Shown one piece after another: positions 61,717 through 64,000 of a stretch of 64,000 bases of DNA. The notes beneath the pieces are model-generated. The model was not told the origin of the DNA and made no database searches. It worked only from the letters and a program-made list of their open reading frames with translations. The position numbers were made by a program, and so were the translations under genes. Position 1 is the stretch's first letter. Each line of letters starts with the position of its first letter. Source of the stretch: Octopus sinensis (Eukaryota); NCBI RefSeq assembly GCF_006345805.1, contig NC_042999.1:166098001-166162000 (forward strand). Direction: 5' to 3'.

Positions 61717-62699
61717 GTTGAATTTTCTGCTGCTTAAAATAAAGTATATATATATATATATAGATGTATCCATATCTACATGGACATGCAAAAAGAACTA
61801 CATATGTACAATTATAATCTGAAATGGAAAATTCAGTTGCAAATATAGAAAGAAGTTATAAGTTCATGATAGAAATGAAAGCAATAATTGGGAAAACCGT
61901 GGGTTGTATCATTGTTAAAATACTGATGGTGTAACACATAATACTTAATTGGAAGTGGATTTGAAACTCAGGAAAGCCCTCAGAATTTATGACTACTAGA
62001 CATAATGAATTTAAAACATTTATTTAAGGGCTATTAGAAAATAGAATTTGTTTTGCTTCTTCTGTATGTAAGTTCCAAGCTTACATGAAAGAAGGAGCAT
62101 ATTTATCTATATTCCATTTAATATTGGTTTGAAATTTTGGCACAAGGCCAGCAATTTCAAGGGAGAAGCTAAGTCAATTAGATCGTCCCCAGTGTTGAGC
62201 TGGTACTTATTTTATCGATCCTGAAAGAATGAAAGGCAAAGTCAACCCTGATGACACTTGAACTCAGAACATAAAGATAGACAAAATTCTGCAAGGAATC
62301 TTGCCCAGCATGCTAACGATTCTGCCAGTTCATTTGCCTTATGCATTCCATTTAATATAAGAAGAAGTGCTTCCATTGCTCAGTTTCATAATTTAAAAAA
62401 AAAAAACAATTAAAAGAAGAAAATTTTCTATTTGGATTCTTGAAAAAATGTACATGAGAATAAAATCTTACTTTGAAAGAATATGAAATGAAACCATTAT
62501 AAGCTTTAGTTGTGATAGGTGGGACAACTTTACACTTGAGAACATTATTCTTAGTTAAGCAATTAAGATCTAGTGGGAACAATCTAGAGTTATTGAAATC
62601 ATAGTTAGGGGTAGTATGGTTATTAGATGTGTATATTTTAGTTATGTTACCTGTAGCAATGTTACTTTCAAAGTTAGGTGAAGTAGAATATGGCAGTTT

Positions 62700-63238
62700 G
62701 ATAGTGTCATTAAAGATACAATAGTATTGGTGATGGGGGAAGTATTTCTAGGAACAGAGAAGGAAAATTTCACCAGAAAGATGGAAATTTTTAAACTGTA
62801 GGGAAGCATGTATCAACAAGTTACTCCTTTTTTGGTTTCCTCTACTTCTAGTCCTATCCTTCTTAGAATGGTATTGTGATATTTCAGAAAAGTCTCATGG
62901 TATTAGTGTGAATGGTTTTTGAACTTTTGATTTTTTGCTGAAATATTGGATGAAATAATTTTAATTAATTGTTCTTGAGGGATACAATGAGAGAGAGAGA
63001 GAGAGAGAGAGAGATAAATAAGTAGTGTTGTCACCTTAGTAACTAAAAAGTTTTGATTATAAATGCAGGAATTTTAAGTGCAAGCCTGTCAACACAATGC
63101 AACAGAGACTTAAAAAAGACTATATTCTTTCTTCTTTTATTCTTTTACATGTTTCAGTTGTGGCCATGCACCGCCAGTATCAGGAGCACCACCATGCATA
63201 CATATATATATAATACATATAGTTATTTTTGTTGTTGT

Positions 63239-63275
<37 letters not shown>

Positions 63276-63300
63276 CAACATATAGACAATGCAACGCAGA
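62700..63300. repeat. Probable donor copy of the inverted duplication at 53839-54410
   Basis: Continuous with unique flanks on both sides, whereas the other copy interrupts a SINE. Confidence 0.9.
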
Positions 63301-64000
63301 CTTTAAAAAATGACTTTTGATTGTACATGCTTGATTAACAAATATTGTTACCGGCAGCTTAGTGATAGAGACAGCCTTATATTGGATAAAATTAGGGATA
63401 TGTCTTTAACTAAATTATTAATAATACCTCTAGGGTATTATTTAAGTATATAATTATGTAATTTAAAAATTAGTTGGGTTTATGATAAAGTAATGGAGAC
63501 CATCAGAAAGGAAGGAGTAACAGCTAACAAATTAACAATAGTACTATTAGTTTTGATAATTGTTAATAAATCATAATCTTTAAAAGGATTATCTAATTTT
63601 TTGTCATATTCATCCTGTGTATTGAGAGTTAGCAATGGTGAATGTGAGGAAACCGTCTGCACAGTATAATCCATATCATTTTGATATGGTTTGGCAGATA
63701 CAGTCCAGCAAGATCTGTGACCCCTGCTTCACAGAATTCCTCAAAAGTATGGCACTTGTTAGGCTAAGTTTCGCTGATTCGTTATGAAAGCTGTTTTATG
63801 AGTCATGCCTGTCACTTAAGTATGTGACTCTTCCATAGACAGCAATGAAATTCGCTTCCCACCCCAAAAGAAAAGAAAAACAACAAAAACAATCAAAAAC
63901 ATAAAACCCCTTTATTCTTCTTTCAAATTTGCATTTCAGTTTGGGCATAAGCTGAAATGAAATTATGCTGAATGACTTGTCCTCTAGTGTTTCTATGGTG

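Noticed and set aside
63480-63674. 64-aa minus-strand ORF as an exon of a downstream gene
   Set aside because: It has no recognisable domain, an in-frame stop shortly upstream and no convincing polypyrimidine acceptor; it cannot be supported without transcript data.

Overview
AT-rich, repeat-dense animal genomic DNA. The SINE, RTE-LINE and microsatellite repertoire looks like an octopod cephalopod genome; this is recognition of repeat families, not a database search. One complete protein-coding gene was assembled by hand on the + strand: 13 GT-AG exons, 2313..42261, 424 aa, a 12-TM MFS transporter of the organophosphate:Pi antiporter family (SLC37/GlpT/UhpC-like). A probable divergent gene starts about 330-430 bp upstream on the - strand. 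The rest is intron or intergenic DNA filled with tRNA-derived SINEs, RTE, CR1 and Hero-like LINE pieces, mariner, hAT, piggyBac-like, Chapaev-like and Helitron DNA elements, and several Penelope-like element (PLE) fragments. The most striking unexplained structure is a set of type I hammerhead ribozyme motifs (38934-39032 -, 55868-55936 -, 56730-56820 +, 61670-61716 +). They sit in fold-back PLE ends mostly adjoining (TA)n tracts, alongside a perfect 164-bp zero-spacer palindrome built from a hammerhead 3' half and a perfect 70-bp palindrome. Other highlights are a 572-bp inverted templated insertion inside a SINE, a tRNA-like Pol III unit inside a TIR element, and two tandem candidate cassette exons in the transporter's central loop. 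All folds, alignments and identities were done by eye; nothing was searched or computed.
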